Made by a program: the position numbers and the translations under genes. The notes below the pieces were generated by a model. The model ran no database searches, had not been told where the DNA came from, and was given only the letters and a program-made list of their open reading frames with translations. Source: a virus. From it: DNA of 64,000 nucleotides. The stretch covers positions 1 to 64,000 of the IMG/VR virus record IMGVR_UViG_3300005573_000006. One strand, given 5' to 3'. Shown here one piece after another: positions 9,358 to 20,024 of this stretch (the stretch's first letter is position 1; the number at the start of each line of letters is the position of its first letter).

Positions 9358-12300
9358 TTATGCTATTGGTATTTTTGTTCTATCTGTCCATGTAGATATT
9401 GGTTTAGTACGGTTTGTAAATGTAGTAGTGGGCTTAGTTCTATTTGTAAAAGTGGTAGTTGGTTTAGTTCTGTCCGTAAAAATAGTTGTTGGTTTAGTTC
9501 TGTCCGTGTATATAGGATTTGCGGGTTTAGTTCTGTCTGTCCATATAGGACTTGGAGAAGGAGAAATAGATGGCGATACTGATGGACTTAAAGATACAGA
9601 CGGGGATACGGATGGACTTATTGATGGACTAATAGAAGCAGATGGGGATATACTTGGAGATAATGATGGACTTTTGCTTGGACTTACACTTGGACTAATA
9701 GATGGAGAAAGACTGGGGCTAATACTTGGACTTATAGATGGACTGATGCTTGGACTAACTGATGGTGAAATAGAAGGACTAAGACTTGGTGAAAGACTTA
9801 CTGACGGGGATACCGACGGAGAAAGAGAAGCGGATGGTGATACCGATGGAGAAAGACTGGGGGAAAGACTAACTGATAAAGATGGACTTAAACTAGGAGA
9901 TAAAGATACACTTGGAGATACACTTGGGGAAATACTAGGACTTAATGAAGGGCTTACTGAAACAGACGGACTAACAGAAGGACTAATAGATGGTGATAAT
10001 GACGGGGAAATGCTAGGACTAATACTCGGACTTAATGAAGCCGAAATTGAGGGACTTATCGACGGACTGAAAGAAACGGAGGGAGAAACACTGGGAGACA
10101 AAGACGGAGACAGACTTGGACTGATTGATGGACTTAGAGATGGAGAAATAGACGGTGATAATGAAGGACTTAAAGACGGAGACAGTGAAACACTAGGACT
10201 AACCGATGGACTAACTGAGGCACTTGGAGAAACTGAAGGACTCAAACTGGGTGATAAACTCGGCGAAAGTGACGGACTCAAACTTGGAGACAATGACGGA
10301 CTTAAACTAACGCTAGGCGAAACACTCGGAGAAATACTTGGGCTAATAGAAGGACTTAGACTTACCGATGGTGAAACAGACGGACTGATACTCGGTGATA
10401 CTGAAGGACTAAGACTTGGTGAAACTGATAGGGATAGACTTGGAGATAAACTGGGAGAAAGGGAAGGAGAAAGACTAGGGCTCAAGGAGGGGGATAAACT
10501 AACACTCGGTGAAATGGACGGACTGATACTTGGAGATAGCGAAGGAGAAATACTTAGCGATAAGCTTGGAGATATACTAGCACTTGGAGATATTGATGGA
10601 CTGATACTGAGAGATAATGAAGGACTTAAAGACGGCGAGATTGATAATGAAATACTTGGAGAAATGCTTGGACTTAAACTAGGACTTATTGATGGAGATA
10701 AAGATGGCGATAACGAAATCGAAGGACTGACCGATGGAGAGACTGAAGGCGAAATACTGAGCGAAATTGAAGGAGATAAACTTGGTGATAAACTAGGAGA
10801 AAGTGATACAGAAGGGCTTACGCTTGGACTTAAACTTGGAGATATGCTTGGAGATTTGGATGCTGATGGACTAACAGATGGAGATAAACTAGGGCTTAAA
10901 GAGGGACTTAACGAGGGAGATAGACTAGGCGATTTACTAACACTAGGTGATACAGAAGGAGAAACCGAAGGCGATATTGAAGGAGATATAGAAGGCGAAA
11001 GACTCGGTGATAGAGATATCGATGGAGATAAGGACGGAGAGATACTTGGTGATAGACTCGGTGACAAGGAAGGACTAAGACTTGGAGAAATGCTAGGGCT
11101 AAGTGATAGAGAAAGCGACGGCGATAAACTAGGACTAGGAGAGACACTGGGAGATATACTTGGACTAGGAGAGATAGACGGGCTAATACTAGGCGAAATC
11201 GACGGAGAAATACTAGGACTTAACGAAGGTGACGGTGAAACAGATGGACTTGGAGAACCCCACGCAATATCTGTTGCAGATCTAAAATAAATTTTGCCAT
11301 AATAATCTAAATCTGACGTAGCACCAAACATCCAAACCATCACAGAAGAAGCAGAAGGAACATTTGGTTTTTTTCCATTAATGATTGGATAATTTGCCCA
11401 TAATAAGTTAGAATTTTGCTGCTGCGTTGGTTCAAAACTGATAGTTTCTATTGATTGCCAATTGTTGTCGGTTTTTTTTCTAAGAACAATATTCCTAATC
11501 GTAGAACTATATAACCCCGTTTCCTCTCCTGAAACATAAATATTATTATCTTTATCTAAAGAGATACAAGGTCGATAAGCATTGTGAGTGCCATCACCAA
11601 AAACAACTTCGGCTGCTGACCAAGTAGTTGTTTTCTTTTGATATAAATCTGACCAAACATTATTAATAGCCCTATTATAGACTAGGTGAAGATTATCCGA
11701 ACTGTCAATAGCTAAAACGGGAACGAAAGAAGACCATGCGTTGTCTGTTACTACTTCTGGACTACTCCAACCATTCGAATATGCTATATGTACAATCTGA
11801 TAATAATTATTATTTGCTCCGCCCCAATAGGGGCCATCCCATACAATGTGTATATCATTACTACTATTTATGGCTATGCTTGGGTCAAATTGATGATATG
11901 CCTTATCTGTCAAGGGGGTAATATCTTCATAAGTTCCGTTACTATTTCTCTTTCTATAGACTATCTGACAGTAGGTAGTATTAGTACCATAACCTAATCC
12001 ATACCAAGTAATATGGAGATTATCATTACCATCAATAGCAATACTCGGGGCATACTGTTCACTTGCACTATCTGTGACCATTTCTCTGCTTCCCCAGTTG
12101 TTCCAAATACCCTTAACTAAGCAAATATTTTTTACATTATCGTTTACTGTTGGACTTTTAGTTTCCCAAACAATAAAGATATTATCAGCACTATCAACAG
12201 CTATTTTTGGACAATACTGTTGTCTAGTCGCATGAGTATATACTAACTGATTTGACCACGAACTACCACCATCAGTCGAGCGAGAGACATAAATATCTCC

Positions 12301-14853
12301 CCAAATACCATTAGTGCCATTCCATCGGTTATAGACGACATAAAGATCTCCATTAGAAGTTCTGGCAATGCTATTTCTAGCAGAAGTTTCCAGATAACAT
12401 GCATTAGAATCAACAATACTATTATCGGGTGCCACTGATGGAGATAAAGACGGAGAAATAGAAGGGCTAATGCTCGGGCTTAATGAAGGAGAAATACTAG
12501 GAGATAATGAAGAACTTATACTTGGAGAAAAAGAAGGGCTTAGTGATGGTGAAATAGATGCCGATGGGCTAATACTTGGAGAGATACTTGGAGAGATTGA
12601 TGGACTTAACGAAGAAGAAATAGATGGACTCAACGACACCGAAGGACTTACACTTGGAGAAAACGAAGGCGACAAACTAAACGATAAACTTGGAGAAAAA
12701 CTTGGGCTTAGTGAGGGTGACAACGAAGGCGAAACCGAAGGAGATAAAGAAACACTAGGGCTAACCGAAGGACTAAGAGAGGGGGAAAGACTGGGACTAA
12801 GAGATGAACTAAATGAGGGACTTATGGAGGGACTTAAACTAGGAGAGATAGACGGTGATAAACTAGGACTTAAGGATGGAGATAAACTAACGCTCGGTGA
12901 AATTGACGGACTGATACTTGGAGATAGCGAAGGAGAAATAGAAACTGACGGGCTTATACTCGGTGAAATTGAAGGAGACAAAGAAGGACTCAAAGACACT
13001 GATGGACTGATACTCGGTGAAAGTGAAGGACTTAAACTCGGACTAATGCTTGGCGATAGTGAGGGGGAAAGAGAAACCGATGGTGAGACTGATGGAGAAA
13101 TGCTTGGGCTGAGACTCGGAGAGATAGAAGGAGAAAGAGATGGAGAAAACGATGGACTTAGACTTGGAGATAAACTCGGCGATAAACTCGGACTTAGGCT
13201 GGCGCTGGGCGAAACCGATGGGCTTATACTGGGACTAACTGATGGAGAGATAGAAGGAGAAAACGAAACACCACTACTAATTGTGACTGCTACTAATATT
13301 GCTACTGCATAGACATCATTATTATTTGTCGTTGCTTTACAGTCTAAATTCTGATCAGCAGGCATTGTCATTGCCGCTGAGATACCCTGGTTATCTGGTG
13401 AAGTTACTACCGAATTAGTTACTTGAGTTCCTTCTGCTGTATCAATTTCGACGACTGAAGTAGAATTGTTAGCAGCGTCGACAGCGTTTTTATAAACATT
13501 AGTTACTCCACTCCATTCGGTAGAATCCCATTTAGTAAGTGTACTTTGTAATCCCGTACCAGTAGATAGAAGAGTATTGGCAAGAAGATACTGGGGTTCA
13601 AGTTTAGTAATAACGCCACTATACAGCGTAAAATATAAATCAAATGTAGAATATGGGTTCCACACTCCACCATTTTGCCTATAATATTGTGTACCATCGG
13701 CATATACATCCGAAGATGTTTCGTTCACTTCAAAGTAATTGGTATTATTATTTGTATCAGGCGAGCGGGTAACTTGAATATAGTATGTTGTATTAGAGTC
13801 TAATAGTACAGGATTCGTAAAAATTAAAATATAGTCAGTACCAGATGTAGTTAAATTACTTGCGGGCATGGTAGCTGAAGCAAGTGAACTTCCACCAAGA
13901 TTTGAAACTATATCAACTCTAACCGTATCAGTTGGAGAACCAACTTTTAATAATTTAAGTTTTACCGCGGTAATTGTTTTGGCCGTAGTAAGTTTAAAAG
14001 ATTGCCCTCCGGCTTCAGACGAGCTAGCATTAGAACCGCCAGTTATCCATAGATAATTTGCAGAAGTCGTATTTTGAGTTATTTCTTCCGAACCAAGCTG
14101 GTCAATAATAATCTTCGCATTATAAATAGTAGTAGCGGATTTAGAGGAAGCACTTTTGAAAGCAACTCTATAATTTCTTCCTGCCGTAAGAGTAATTGCA
14201 GAACTTCTTACTATAGTAGCACTAGTACTTGTAGTTGTTATGGTTGAACCAGTAACATCTGTCCAACCCGTAAAACCATCTCCCGTGCCGTCTGCAACTT
14301 GAAGCGAACAGGTCGCAGCAGATTTGGAGGAATCTGATTTGAAAGAGGCCTCGAAAAAAGCAGTAATAGTTCCATCCCAATTGGCAGAAGTATATTTCCA
14401 GTATTTTGGATTAGTTAGTGCAACTAAGGTCGTAGAGGTAGTAGAACATTGAGAACCTATTTCTATTTGAGTTTCGGTGCTGGAAAGAGCAGAGGTGTTT
14501 TGAATTACAATTATACGGGCAGATTTGACTGTTTGAGAGTGAGTTCCATCTGCAAGATTTTGTACAAAATAAGTAGTTCGTCCTGCTGGGGGTGTAAAAG
14601 CACTAGAACGATTAAGAGTAAAAGCTGTAGAAGTTCCCACAGAAATACTTGCATCATCTGTGGATGTCCCATTTCTACGCAGGGTTACTGTTCCTGTATT
14701 AGATGCACTGCCAGCAGTTTCAGCTTCAAAATAGTAAGTTACTGTTCCGTTATATCTAGTGGTATCTAGTTGAATACGAGCATTAGTATCTACTGAAGTT
14801 GTAGAGGTTGATACTGCGTTTAATATATTTATTTCTTGTCTTATTTGTATCAT
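9358..14853 (-). CDS. giant Ser/Pro-repeat virion fibre/adhesin with beta-sandwich domains and a BNR-type beta-propeller
   Basis: 1831 aa; two (SPSX)n tracts; SRSTDGGSSW Asp-box and repeated PSIAID..D.LHI.W blades. Confidence 0.8.
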   Translation of the reverse strand: MIQIRQEINILNAVSTSTTSVDTNARIQLDTTRYNGTVTYYFEAETAGSASNTGTVTLRRNGTSTDDASISVGTSTAFTLNRSSAFTPPAGRTTYFVQNLADGTHSQTVKSARIIVIQNTSALSSTETQIEIGSQCSTTSTTLVALTNPKYWKYTSANWDGTITAFFEASFKSDSSKSAATCSLQVADGTGDGFTGWTDVTGSTITTTSTSATIVRSSAITLTAGRNYRVAFKSASSKSATTIYNAKIIIDQLGSEEITQNTTSANYLWITGGSNASSSEAGGQSFKLTTAKTITAVKLKLLKVGSPTDTVRVDIVSNLGGSSLASATMPASNLTTSGTDYILIFTNPVLLDSNTTYYIQVTRSPDTNNNTNYFEVNETSSDVYADGTQYYRQNGGVWNPYSTFDLYFTLYSGVITKLEPQYLLANTLLSTGTGLQSTLTKWDSTEWSGVTNVYKNAVDAANNSTSVVEIDTAEGTQVTNSVVTSPDNQGISAAMTMPADQNLDCKATTNNNDVYAVAILVAVTISSGVSFSPSISPSVSPSISPSVSPSASLSPSLSPSLSPSLSPSFSPSLSPSISPSLSPSISPSVSPSVSLSPSLSPSISPSLSPSLSPSISPSVSLSPSLSPSISPSISPSVSISPSLSPSISPSISPSVSLSPSLSPSLSPSISPSLSPSISPSFSSSLSPSLSPSLSPSVSPSVSLSPSVSPSLSPSLSPSFSPSLSFSLSPSFSPSVSPSVSLSPSISSSLSPSISPSISPSISPSASISPSLSPSFSPSISSSLSPSISPSLSPSISPSISPSLSPSVAPDNSIVDSNACYLETSARNSIARTSNGDLYVVYNRWNGTNGIWGDIYVSRSTDGGSSWSNQLVYTHATRQQYCPKIAVDSADNIFIVWETKSPTVNDNVKNICLVKGIWNNWGSREMVTDSASEQYAPSIAIDGNDNLHITWYGLGYGTNTTYCQIVYRKRNSNGTYEDITPLTDKAYHQFDPSIAINSSNDIHIVWDGPYWGGANNNYYQIVHIAYSNGWSSPEVVTDNAWSSFVPVLAIDSSDNLHLVYNRAINNVWSDLYQKKTTTWSAAEVVFGDGTHNAYRPCISLDKDNNIYVSGEETGLYSSTIRNIVLRKKTDNNWQSIETISFEPTQQQNSNLLWANYPIINGKKPNVPSASSVMVWMFGATSDLDYYGKIYFRSATDIAWGSPSPSVSPSPSLSPSISPSISPSISPSISPSPSISPSVSPSPSLSPSLSLSLSPSISPSLSPSLSPSLSPSISPSLSPSISLSPSLSPSISPSISPSVSPSVSPSVSKSPSLSPSLSPSLSPSLSPSVSPSASKSPSISPSLSPSVSPSVSLSPSLSPSLSPSISLSISPSVSPSVSPSISLSPSLSPSISPSLSPSISPSISLSISPSLSPSLSLSISPSISPSASISPSLSLSISPSLSPSISPSISPSVSLSPSLSPSLSPSLSPSLSPSLSLSVSPSLSPSVSPSISPSVSPSVSLSPSISPSISPSVSPSVSLSPSLSPSLSPSLSPSLSPSLSPSVSPSASVSPSVSPSVSLSPSLSPSLSPSISPSLSPSISPSLSPSLSPSVSPSVSFSPSISPSISASLSPSISPSISPSLSPSISPSVSPSVSVSPSLSPSISPSVSPSVSLSPSLSPSLSVSLSPSLSPSVSPSASLSPSVSPSVSLSPSLSPSISPSVSPSISPSISPSISPSLSPSISPSVSPSKSPSLSPSISPSASISPSISPSVSPSVSLSPSVSPSISPSPSPIWTDRTKPANPIYTDRTKPTTIFTDRTKPTTTFTNRTKPTTTFTNRTKPISTWTDRTKIPIA
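9361..9545 (-). repeat. six ~10-aa C-terminal repeats [WYF]T[DN]RTK(P)
   Basis: WTDRTKP/YTDRTKP/FTDRTKP/FTNRTKP/FTNRTKP/WTDRTKI. Confidence 0.9.
9549..11258 (-). repeat. (Ser-Pro-Ser-X)n tract, about 570 aa
   Basis: Read directly from the translation; synonymous codons are highly varied. Confidence 0.95.
12430..13270 (-). repeat. (Ser-Pro-Ser-X)n tract, about 280 aa
   Basis: Read directly from the translation. Confidence 0.95.
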
Positions 14854-14855
14854 AT

Positions 14856-15893
14856 TTATTTTAGATGTTTAACATCCATTACTCCCCAAATCTCAACGGT
14901 CTTGTATTTATCGTCTTCTCTCATTTTAGGTTTAGCAAAGTTCCATAATTCTGAATCGGGTGTATCGTCTGCCTTACTCCAGTCAAAATCAGTCATCAGT
15001 TTACGGGAAAGAAGCGAACACCCAATACCCTGCTGAACCGTATCTCCTGTCGGCAGGGTTTTGTAGCAATGTGAAATCCAGTCAGCATCTTGCCCGTATT
15101 TAAGCAAGGTTTCAATCACGTCTTTTGGAGGAATGATATCGGCTTCTATGTTCATCCAGTGGGTATAGTTTCCTGCAAGAAAGTGCTTTTGAATTACTGC
15201 CATCGATTTGCATATTCTATTACCCATTCGTTGAGGGTCTTGGTCTTGGTTAGATAGATGTATCATTGGCACTTGGTCGCCCCACTTCTTAACATACGAA
15301 TCATCGGGGGAGTTATCTACTACTAAAATATCGTAATTCGGGTAGGTCAAGTTTTTAACATTATCTATCCATTCTTGAAAACAGTATTCTTTGACTTGGT
15401 GGGTCGGACAAGCAACAAGGATTTTTGGGACTTGTAATCTTTTTTTCCATTCCTCTATAGTTTTCAGATTAACAAAATTTTCTTCATCTATTCCGCTACC
15501 AATAGGGTCTATGTTGTGTTCCTGAATCTTCCCTACACGATTACATTCTGCCCACGCCTTGTCTATATCTGTTTCTTTCACATACTCCCACAAACCCTGC
15601 GAGTAAACTACATCGAAAAACCCATTTTTGAAAGGAATGTCAGTAACCGAACCCTTGAGAACATATCCTTTAGCACAAGAGTTTTCTAGGGCATAGTCAG
15701 AAATTTCTAATCCCCAAGCATCACAGCCTTTCTCTCTTAAAAGTTTAACTAAGTATCCACAACCTGTTCCGCAATCTAAAAAGCGAACTTTTCCATATTG
15801 TTGGATTAATCTATTAGCTAAAGATTCACAATAATCATGTCTATGGACTGTTCCCCAAATATTATCATAATATTTTTTATTTGTTTCTATCAT
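14856..15893 (-). CDS. class I SAM methyltransferase fused to GT-A glycosyltransferase
   Basis: FLDCGTGCG, GLEIS, GSVTDIPF; then ILVACPT, VVDNS, NIEADI. Confidence 0.85.
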   Translation of the reverse strand: MIETNKKYYDNIWGTVHRHDYCESLANRLIQQYGKVRFLDCGTGCGYLVKLLREKGCDAWGLEISDYALENSCAKGYVLKGSVTDIPFKNGFFDVVYSQGLWEYVKETDIDKAWAECNRVGKIQEHNIDPIGSGIDEENFVNLKTIEEWKKRLQVPKILVACPTHQVKEYCFQEWIDNVKNLTYPNYDILVVDNSPDDSYVKKWGDQVPMIHLSNQDQDPQRMGNRICKSMAVIQKHFLAGNYTHWMNIEADIIPPKDVIETLLKYGQDADWISHCYKTLPTGDTVQQGIGCSLLSRKLMTDFDWSKADDTPDSELWNFAKPKMREDDKYKTVEIWGVMDVKHLK

Positions 15894-15895
15894 AA

Positions 15896-17578
15896 TTACA
15901 TTGCCAATTGATAAACCCGACACGAAATAATAGAACTCACGTTCTTATAGTTGGATAAATTAGATATATTAGCTGTTAAAATAAAATCAGTATTAGCCGC
16001 CGAAGTATTATCTGAATCGACCGTTTCCCACGCTGATGTATTTCTATTGTAAATTTGTAAATAAACAGCAACCGACGATGGGGCAATTGTGGTTTGTCCT
16101 TCCCATTCTAAATTACAAGAATTTGCACTTCCCACATAATCCTTGAATTGATGAATAGCAATTCCATCTGTATGGGTTTGTTCAACCCTTGTATCGTCTT
16201 TAGTGGATACATCTAAATAATCCTGTGTTGAATAAGCGGTTTCTAAATCATCATCATTGGTAGGTGGTGTTGCATATTCTCCTCTTGTATAATCTGTCCA
16301 ACCAGGGCTTGGAGATGGAGAAATACTGGGACTAATAGATGGAGATAAACTAACTGAAGGACTGATCGAAGGAGAAAGAGAAGGAGATAAACTGGGAGAT
16401 AAACTCGCACTCGGGGAAACACTGGGCGAGATTGAAGGAGAGATGGAAGGAGAAGTTGAACCAGCCGCACTATGCACCACCACCAATTTAGGGTCTTGAG
16501 AAGTGCCCGTTTGGTCAGCGCAATAGCCTTCTAACCTAGTGTTGAGATAACCAGAAGCCCAGGGCGGGGTGCTATTTGCGTCATCATATTGCTGATTCTT
16601 CGCACCAAATTTTGAAATTCCAGTTTTGTTTATATTCCCCCTACCCGTAGCATTAAGGGTAAAATCATTATAACCAGATGTAGACCAATTAGCATAAGTA
16701 ATTAAATCGGATTGTAAAACACCACCCGGAGACATCCCACCAGAACTATAGTCTGCTGCAACCAGATTATCGTTTGAAGCGGGATTGGAAAGATAGATAC
16801 CAACATTGGGTGTAGCATTAAGTTGGTCTTGTTTACCCTTGCCGTAAATGGAAAGAACTGCCGAAGTAATATCATCTGTTCCAATAGTAGAAGTGTCAAA
16901 AAGATAAATTGCACGAAGGTTATATCTAAAATAATTGGTAGTGCTCCCGGCTGAAAACTGAACGGGTGTTGTCCATAATTCGGTAGGATTGGCATAAGTT
17001 GAGGTCCCTGCGTGGTTAACGATATACGACCACGCCTTCCCGGCATCACTTCCTCCATCATCATAAACCGTATATCCGACACCTCCATCAACAGGACTAT
17101 TTGCTCCAGCGGCTGGATAAAAAGTATCGGTAGTGCTCCCTATTTTACCCTTAACTATTTTTCCTCTCGGGTTATTCTTGGTTGAAACAAGAATCGTATG
17201 GGCTAATGATTGTAAAATAGCTTCTTTGGGGTCTTCTCTTAATTTTCTTTGTTTTAATTCACCAGTTTTTTCATCTGTCCACTCCCGAACAATATCGCCG
17301 TTTGGGTCATCAACTAAAATCGGGGGATTAAAAATCCTAAATCTTTCTATTTCAACCGTGCCGTCTTTACCAAAACCTACTTGTCCCTGAGAATCCCAGG
17401 CTCTAGCATAAAGCTCAATTCCGCCCCCAATCGGATTAAAAGAAATAATCTCAATATCGTAATCAGCACCAGAGAACTTAACATTGGTTCTAGGAACACT
17501 TTTAATTTTAGCTATTTCGGTAGCTTTGATATTGGCTCGCTCTCGGGCTGGTTTATTTTGAAGTAAATCTTTAATCAT
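15896..17578 (-). CDS. virion protein with an internal SPSX linker
   Basis: Thr/Ser/Gly-rich beta domains (R..YLFDTS.I..D.ITSA.LSIY; PKLVV); ~50-aa SPSX tract at about 16305-16460. Confidence 0.7.
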   Translation of the reverse strand: MIKDLLQNKPARERANIKATEIAKIKSVPRTNVKFSGADYDIEIISFNPIGGGIELYARAWDSQGQVGFGKDGTVEIERFRIFNPPILVDDPNGDIVREWTDEKTGELKQRKLREDPKEAILQSLAHTILVSTKNNPRGKIVKGKIGSTTDTFYPAAGANSPVDGGVGYTVYDDGGSDAGKAWSYIVNHAGTSTYANPTELWTTPVQFSAGSTTNYFRYNLRAIYLFDTSTIGTDDITSAVLSIYGKGKQDQLNATPNVGIYLSNPASNDNLVAADYSSGGMSPGGVLQSDLITYANWSTSGYNDFTLNATGRGNINKTGISKFGAKNQQYDDANSTPPWASGYLNTRLEGYCADQTGTSQDPKLVVVHSAAGSTSPSISPSISPSVSPSASLSPSLSPSLSPSISPSVSLSPSISPSISPSPSPGWTDYTRGEYATPPTNDDDLETAYSTQDYLDVSTKDDTRVEQTHTDGIAIHQFKDYVGSANSCNLEWEGQTTIAPSSVAVYLQIYNRNTSAWETVDSDNTSAANTDFILTANISNLSNYKNVSSIISCRVYQLAM

Positions 17579-17643
17579 TACGTATCTCTTTTTGTTCGGA
17601 AGCAAAGAATAAAAAGTTGAATGTGTGCATCTTTATATACACA

Positions 17644-17699
17644 TTATAACATAAAAATACACCAAAATCAAGGTATTTGGTGTATTTTTAATATATATT
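17644..17699 (-). promoter_or_regulatory. promoter overlapping a terminator-like palindrome
   Basis: Minus strand TTGATT, 17 nt, TGT-TATAAT, within inverted repeat AAAAATACACCAAA...TTTGGTGTATTTTT. Confidence 0.6.
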
Positions 17700-17708
17700 T
17701 ATTGTTTT

Positions 17709-18671
17709 TTATAAATTTTCTAAGTCTTCTTCTGTCCACCCATTAACTGGCCAGAATTTTTTTAATAACCAAACTAATTTTGGATTTTTCCAATATTTAT
17801 TTTTAACATTGTCTTTTGTTTTTTGCGTCTCTTTTCCACTATTAGGCCAAGGGAAACTAAAATCTCCACCCTGTGTACGAAACAGATGGGCATACCATGT
17901 ATGATGATTACATAAAACCCTTCCGCCATTAAACCATGTAGCTAAAGCCACTTCTATACCCTGATTGCCCCAGTTTCCGAGTTTTTCATCACATACCTCC
18001 CATTTCCAGTAGTTTTCTCTTGTAACCATAAAACAACTTCCTTGTAAAGACATTGTTTCGGTAAAACCAGTTTCTTTTTTGTCTTTTATATATTCTGGAC
18101 GATGTTTATAATCTTCAAAATATTGAAAGTGTGGTATTGCGTCAAAACAATAAGAAGTAGATTGTGGATTATGTTTCCCTATCCACATAATTTTTTTTGT
18201 AAATTTTGTACTATCACAAGGTTTACCAGTCCCCTTAAAATTGGTTTCTTGACATTTAATAGGAGTAGGCCCCTGATACCACTTTTTACCGCATTTTAGA
18301 CACTTCCAATCAAAAGCCCAAAGATTTCTCATTATAGGAACCATTGTTACATTGTCTCCTGTCTCTTTAAAACCTTCTATCATTTTTCGATCAAATCCTT
18401 TATCAAAAGCACAATGGGCATCAATCTTCATTACAAATTTTGCTTTGCTTAACTTGCACGCCAAATTAGTTGCCGCTCTTTGCCCTATTGGTTCTGGTAC
18501 ATAAATTACATTCACTCTTTCATGCTGAAGGATTGGCGGATCTGCCCATGCCCCGTCTAAAACGGCAATCACTTCTGTGTCTGCTTCTATGTTCTTCAGA
18601 ATATCCTCTATGGTATTCTTAAGAAATGCCTCATTGCGGCTAGGAATTAAAATTGAAAGTTGGTTTGCCAT
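17709..18671 (-). CDS. GT-A glycosyltransferase, polypeptide GalNAc-transferase (GT27)-like
   Basis: LSILIPSRNE, VLDG, KIDAHC (DxH), GSCF, D..LGNWG...E....WFNGG......AHLFR. Confidence 0.85.
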   Translation of the reverse strand: MANQLSILIPSRNEAFLKNTIEDILKNIEADTEVIAVLDGAWADPPILQHERVNVIYVPEPIGQRAATNLACKLSKAKFVMKIDAHCAFDKGFDRKMIEGFKETGDNVTMVPIMRNLWAFDWKCLKCGKKWYQGPTPIKCQETNFKGTGKPCDSTKFTKKIMWIGKHNPQSTSYCFDAIPHFQYFEDYKHRPEYIKDKKETGFTETMSLQGSCFMVTRENYWKWEVCDEKLGNWGNQGIEVALATWFNGGRVLCNHHTWYAHLFRTQGGDFSFPWPNSGKETQKTKDNVKNKYWKNPKLVWLLKKFWPVNGWTEEDLENL

Positions 18672-19413
18672 ATTTAAAAACATCTTCTATTGTTCCCCAA
18701 TAGGAGAGATTAAATGTTCTCTTTGTTCCTCTTCTATTTTTTGTAAAATTATTATTATGTCTTATGTCTATATTTGGAATTGTCGTTCTGAAATTTCTCC
18801 CTTCATAATCTTGAATATATTTCTTTAATCTTTCTCTAATATGAGCAACATTTTTTCCAACCGCCAATCGCATAGCGTGGTTATAGTCCATCGCCCCTGC
18901 CTCCCCAATTCTTCCCAACGGATATCTTGCTTTCCATACTGGGTCGCTCATCATATCTATCCTATCTTGTGTTGCTTTAATCATTATTTTTGTTCCGCAA
19001 ATTAATTGGGAATTAGCCTTTCTATTTTTAAAAAATGAAAACATACCGTTAAATTCTGGATGACTTAGACTATATACTTGTAATAACCAAACATTTTCAT
19101 TATACCAAAAGACATTTTTGTCTGGGGGAATAAAAGCAAAATGTTCGGGGGTATATAAACAATCGTGTTCAGCAATGGCAATAAATTCGGTCTTTACTCT
19201 TTTTAACGCTTCCATCATTTGAATGTTGATGGTCAAACTTGTCCTTTCCATTTCTCCTACGCAAATATTTTCGCCAAAATCTATAGGCTTATGAGAAACG
19301 GAAATTAAAGGATAATTACCGATTGATTCCAAAATGTTTTTTTTACAAAATTCATCTATCTTAGGATCAAGACAATTATCGGTCAAATAAATTATTGTTT
19401 TATTAACATCCAT
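18640..19413 (-). CDS. putative GT-A glycosyltransferase with ExD motif
   Basis: TIIYLTDN, ISVSHKP, IAEHDCLY; paralogue of 20021-20695. Confidence 0.65.
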   Translation of the reverse strand: MDVNKTIIYLTDNCLDPKIDEFCKKNILESIGNYPLISVSHKPIDFGENICVGEMERTSLTINIQMMEALKRVKTEFIAIAEHDCLYTPEHFAFIPPDKNVFWYNENVWLLQVYSLSHPEFNGMFSFFKNRKANSQLICGTKIMIKATQDRIDMMSDPVWKARYPLGRIGEAGAMDYNHAMRLAVGKNVAHIRERLKKYIQDYEGRNFRTTIPNIDIRHNNNFTKNRRGTKRTFNLSYWGTIEDVFKYGKPTFNFNS

Positions 19414-20024
19414 GAATAATATTTATCATTCTTTTTTTCTAATTCAATTGGCTTCGATCTGCCAAAAATATAAAAGTTTTTAACACCAAAAGCTCTTACA
19501 TAGGCATCAATAATTGGTTTAACTTGGCAAATAACGTTATTTGCTGTCGGATCTGTGCAGAAATAATCGTGTCCAGATATTATACCGTTTTTTTTAACTT
19601 TAAAACTCCATTCATAAATATCCTCTGCTATATATCTAAATCTATGATCACCGTCTATGTAAACAAAATCAAGGCTTTCATTGTCAAAAAATTTTAATGC
19701 ATTCATTGAAGTTTCTCTAATAAGCAAACATTGCCCATTTTTTATATAGGTATCAAGATATCTTTGAGTATGTCCGTATAGAAAATCTTGTCTTGCCTTG
19801 TTTTTTTGTGTTCTCCCCGCTCCTTCATATGGTTGCCATGGATCAATTGCATATATTTTTAATCCAACATCTAAGAATTTTTTTGTAAATTCTCCTTTAT
19901 AAACTCCGATTTCCACTCCAACTTTATAACCCATTTCTTTTAAAAATTCTGGTAATTCATCTCTTGAATTATCAGGAATTTCAAACGGACATCCTTCATA
20001 TTTTATTCCATCAATTAGTTTCAT
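19392..20024 (-). CDS. class I SAM methyltransferase (Methyltransf_24-like)
   Basis: GVEIGVYKG, AIDPW, LDFVYIDGDH, GIISGHDY. Confidence 0.9.
   Translation of the reverse strand: MKLIDGIKYEGCPFEIPDNSRDELPEFLKEMGYKVGVEIGVYKGEFTKKFLDVGLKIYAIDPWQPYEGAGRTQKNKARQDFLYGHTQRYLDTYIKNGQCLLIRETSMNALKFFDNESLDFVYIDGDHRFRYIAEDIYEWSFKVKKNGIISGHDYFCTDPTANNVICQVKPIIDAYVRAFGVKNFYIFGRSKPIELEKKNDKYYSWMLIKQ

Noticed and set aside
9361-13270. CRISPR array or DGR template/variable repeats
   Set aside because: The repeats are in-frame coding with synonymous variation, there are no spacers, and no reverse transcriptase is present.
9428-13312. Long plus-strand ORFs (620 aa and 280 aa) of GLxDGExEG repeats
   Set aside because: Antisense shadows of the SPSX tracts. 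In this register a stop needs Tyr, His or Gln codons on the sense strand, which the repeat lacks.
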